NCBI GenBank assembly: GCA_046726415.1
Contig: JBKPAK010000193.1
Span: forward strand, 1 to 55,286
Source: Candidatus Methylomirabilota bacterium
GTDB lineage: Bacteria > Methylomirabilota > Methylomirabilia > Rokubacteriales > CSP1-6
DNA length: 55,286 bases
Direction of reading: 5' to 3'
Shown in pieces: positions 52,628 to 55,286 of this stretch (positions are counted from its first letter, which is position 1; the number at the start of each line of letters is the position of its first letter). A model generated the notes under the pieces. It saw nothing but the letters and a program-made list of their open reading frames with translations, was not told the DNA's origin and searched no databases. A program made the translations under genes and the position numbers.

Positions 52628-53489
52628 ATGGACTCGCGAGCGCCTCAGCGCGAGCTGTGCGGCAGCGGCATCGGCCTGCGCCCGGCGCACGTCGCCGAGA
52701 TCCTGGCGACGCGGCCGGTCATAGGCTGGCTCGAGGTCCACGCCGAGAACTACATGGGCGGAGGACCGGCGCTGCGGGCCCTGCAGCGCCTCCGCAGCGA
52801 CTACCCGCTGTCGATCCACGGCGTCGGGCTGTCGCTGGGGACGGCCGAGGGCCTCGACGCCGGTCACCTCGAGCGCCTCGCGTCGCTCGTCGACCGGCTC
52901 GAGCCGGCGCTGGTGTCGGAGCACCTCTCGTGGAGTGTCGCCGGGGGCGTGTACCTGAACCACCTGCTGCCGCTGCCATACACCTTGGAGAGCCTGGCCG
53001 TCGTGAGCGAGCACGTCGACTGCTTGCAGGACCGGCTTGGGCGCCGGCTCCTCGTGGAGAACCCGTCGAGCTACCTGCGCTTCCACGACTCGCCGATCCC
53101 GGAACCGGACTTCCTCAACGCACTGGCCCGCCGTACCGGCTGTGGCCTCCTGTGCGACATCAACAACGTCTACGTGAGTTGCGCCAATCTCGGCGGCGAC
53201 CCCGTCGCCTACGTCGACGCCCTCGAGCCCCGTGCCGTTGAAGAGGTCCACCTGGCCGGTCACGCCGTGAACGACGCCGATGGGCACCGGATCCTTATCG
53301 ACGACCACGGCTCGCGCGTGGCGCCAGCCGTGTGGCGTCTCTACACCCGCGCAATCGCGCGCTTCGGCGCGGTGCCCACGCTAATCGAGTGGGATACCGA
53401 CGTGCCGGCCCTGGCCGTACTCCTGGGAGGCGGCGACGGCGAGCGCGACGCTGCGCACGTCGGAGGTGGGCGGTGCCCACGCTGCGTGA
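52628..53489 (+). CDS. DUF692 multinuclear non-heme iron oxidase (BufB-like), frameshift near 53427
   Basis: [48 protein letters not shown]. Confidence 0.9.
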
Positions 53490-54282
53490 ACTGCAGGCGG
53501 CGGTTGGCGGCGTCATGCTGGGTGGTGACGCCACGCTCGCCGAGGCGTCCGTCAACGGCGACGGTCTCGGCGCAGCAGCGCGCCTGGCCGTCTACCGGCA
53601 CCACGTTCTCGCCAGCCTGACCGCCGTGCTGGAGTCGACCTATCCCGTAGTCGTGCGGGTGGTCGATGCGCGATTCTTCCGCTACGCCGCCGATCGATAC
53701 ATCCACGCGCACCCGCCGTTGCGCCCATGCCTCTTCGAGTACGGCGCGACCTTTGGCGACTTCCTCGCGCGCTTCCCGCCGACGCGTCACCTGGCGTACC
53801 TGCCCGACGTGGCCCGCCTGGAGTGGGCGATGAACGCCGCCCTCAACGCGCCCGACGTGGAGACCGCCACGCCGCAGACGCTCAGCCCAGCCTCACCGGT
53901 CGCGCTTCACCCGTCGGTGAACCTGCTGCGCTCGGCGTGGCCGATCGACTCGATCTGGCGCGCCAACCAGCCGGGCCGCGAAGGCGAGGTCGTGGATCTC
54001 CAGACCGGTGGCGTGCGTCTGCAGATCTGGCGGGTCGGTGACGAGGTCGTGTTCCGTCGACTCTCGATCGCCGAAGACGCGCTGCGACGAGCCCTCGCCA
54101 GCGCCGGCCGCCTCGACGCCGCGGCCGAGGCCGCCCTGGCCGCCGACGCCACAGCCGACCTCGCTGCGCTCGTGCGGGGCCTGCTCGAGGAGGAGCTCCT
54201 CGTCCGGCCGCTGCTTGGCACTGACAAACCGGCAAGAGTTGGTTCCAGATTGGTTCCTACACACGACGCTCTATCGGGATGA
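53473..54282 (+). CDS. DUF2063 partner protein (BufC-like); 3' end uncertain
   Basis: [31 protein letters not shown]. Confidence 0.85.
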   Translation: MPTLRELQAAVGGVMLGGDATLAEASVNGDGLGAAARLAVYRHHVLASLTAVLESTYPVVVRVVDARFFRYAADRYIHAHPPLRPCLFEYGATFGDFLARFPPTRHLAYLPDVARLEWAMNAALNAPDVETATPQTLSPASPVALHPSVNLLRSAWPIDSIWRANQPGREGEVVDLQTGGVRLQIWRVGDEVVFRRLSIAEDALRRALASAGRLDAAAEAALAADATADLAALVRGLLEEELLVRPLLGTDKPARVGSRLVPTHDALSG

Positions 54283-54366
54283 ACCGGCATGTGTGCTCGG
54301 CGGTGTATGCCGATTTATCATCCAGATGCGTCGTCGTGGGTGTTCGTGGGCGGCTGTCGGGTGGGA

Positions 54367-54411
54367 CTCTTAATCAGCGGGTCCAAGGTTCGAGTCCTTG
54401 ACGGCCCACCA
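54367..54411 (+). repeat. att core 3: tRNA-Lys(CTT) 3' fragment
   Basis: Identical 45-mer. Confidence 0.9.
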
Positions 54412-54414
54412 ATC

Positions 54415-54453
54415 AAAACGGGCACTTCGGGGGCAACTCCGGGTGCCCGTTTT
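54415..54453 (+). terminator. Terminator hairpin after att core 3
   Basis: AAAACGGGCAC..GTGCCCGTTTT. Confidence 0.75.
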
Positions 54454-55082
54454 GTGCGTGTAGACGCCATGTAGACACCCCTTCGTCGAGAACCTCGGTA
54501 TCCTCGAAGGCATTTCCCTCCTGAACTACCTTGCAGCGTCGGGGTGAAGCCCTTCGTGCTCGGCCTGATCATGGCGTTGGCACGAGCATCGCGGCGAGGT
54601 GGGTTCCCTTCCTGGAGCGCGGCACCTTCAGCTGATCCCGTTCTTGCACGTGATTGTCGGCTCGCTCGTATTCCTCGCTCGATGCGCACATCCGCGAGGG
54701 CGTGCACCGCACCATGGTCGTCTTCGCCGACCGCTACACGAAGAAGGAGACCGACGCGGACGGCAACGAGCCATCGCTGTGACAAGTCGGCGGACGGCAA
54801 GACGTTGTGGGAAGTTCCATTTCTCGATGATTTGCTCGCCGCGTTTACATAGGAGGCGATGCTGTGTCTCTTCGCTAAGGACAACAGGTTTCGCGCGAAT
54901 CAATTGCGTGGCCGAAGTCTCGACGAGGACCGCAGCAACCTGCAGGAACTGCTCAGCGTTCTCGGAGCTCGCGTCGCACAAATCATCGATTCCGTGGAAG
55001 TATCGTTGAGGCTCGTTTGGTTCCTGTGGTCTCAGCGGTGACGTGATTTCCCCTCGTGCACCAATTGTCGACGCGGGTCAGG

Positions 55083-55286
55083 CTACGTCAATCCGACGAA
55101 GGCGAAGAAGCTCTCGCCGGGCACGAGACGCTTCGCCCGCGCCTCGGCGAAGCCCGCCTCCTTCATCTGCGCCACGAGCTCGTCCGCCGCCGGCAGCGGC
55201 CCGCAGCCCGCCGTCGACGCCGCCCAGAGGTTGAGCAGCTCCATCACCGGGCTCCCGCCCTGGCAGCCGGTGGTGACGAGCAGCCG
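55083..55286 (-). CDS. C-terminus of a probable SAM methyltransferase (5'-partial)
   Basis: RLLVTTGCQGGS..ELVAQMKEAGF..GESFFAFVGLT*. Confidence 0.5.
   Translation of the reverse strand, partial: RLLVTTGCQGGSPVMELLNLWAASTAGCGPLPAADELVAQMKEAGFAEARAKRLVPGESFFAFVGLT

Overview
GC-rich bacterial DNA that appears to be a tandem array of genomic islands at a tRNA-Lys(CTT) gene. The same 45-bp tRNA 3' fragment occurs at 1116, 9511 and 54367, each followed by a related terminator hairpin and flanked by island-specific arm-type repeats. Island A (about 1.2-9.5 kb, no integrase) is a fluoride-resistance module. A crcB-class fluoride riboswitch drives an operon that unexpectedly starts with a Pup-like ubiquitin analogue, followed by DUF6062, a cation/H+ antiporter, USP, CrcB/Fluc, DUF190 and a dynamin-like GTPase; a convergent cysK-HAD-HIT-DUF190 operon faces it. 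Island B (about 9.6-54.4 kb, tyrosine integrase plus excisionase) contains the main discovery: five intact genes that the ORF track splits at an in-frame TGA located at the redox-active Cys position, each followed by a SECIS-like hairpin. These are putative selenoproteins (two OsmC-like, an AhpC/Prx-like UxxC, an AhpD/CMD-like CxxU, and an exported thioredoxin UxxC next to CcdA), plus a decayed sixth copy. Island B also carries a 12-gene double radical-SAM/glycosyltransferase/diheme-cytochrome cluster of unknown product, a split sugar-metabolism cluster, an adenylate cyclase plus cNMP-domain NDH-2 module, a bufferin-type (DUF2282/DUF692/DUF2063/DoxX) RiPP locus, and a 17-bp promoter motif repeated four times. 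Family names were assigned from motifs by eye, with no database searches. Many 1-bp indels may be real decay or assembly error.
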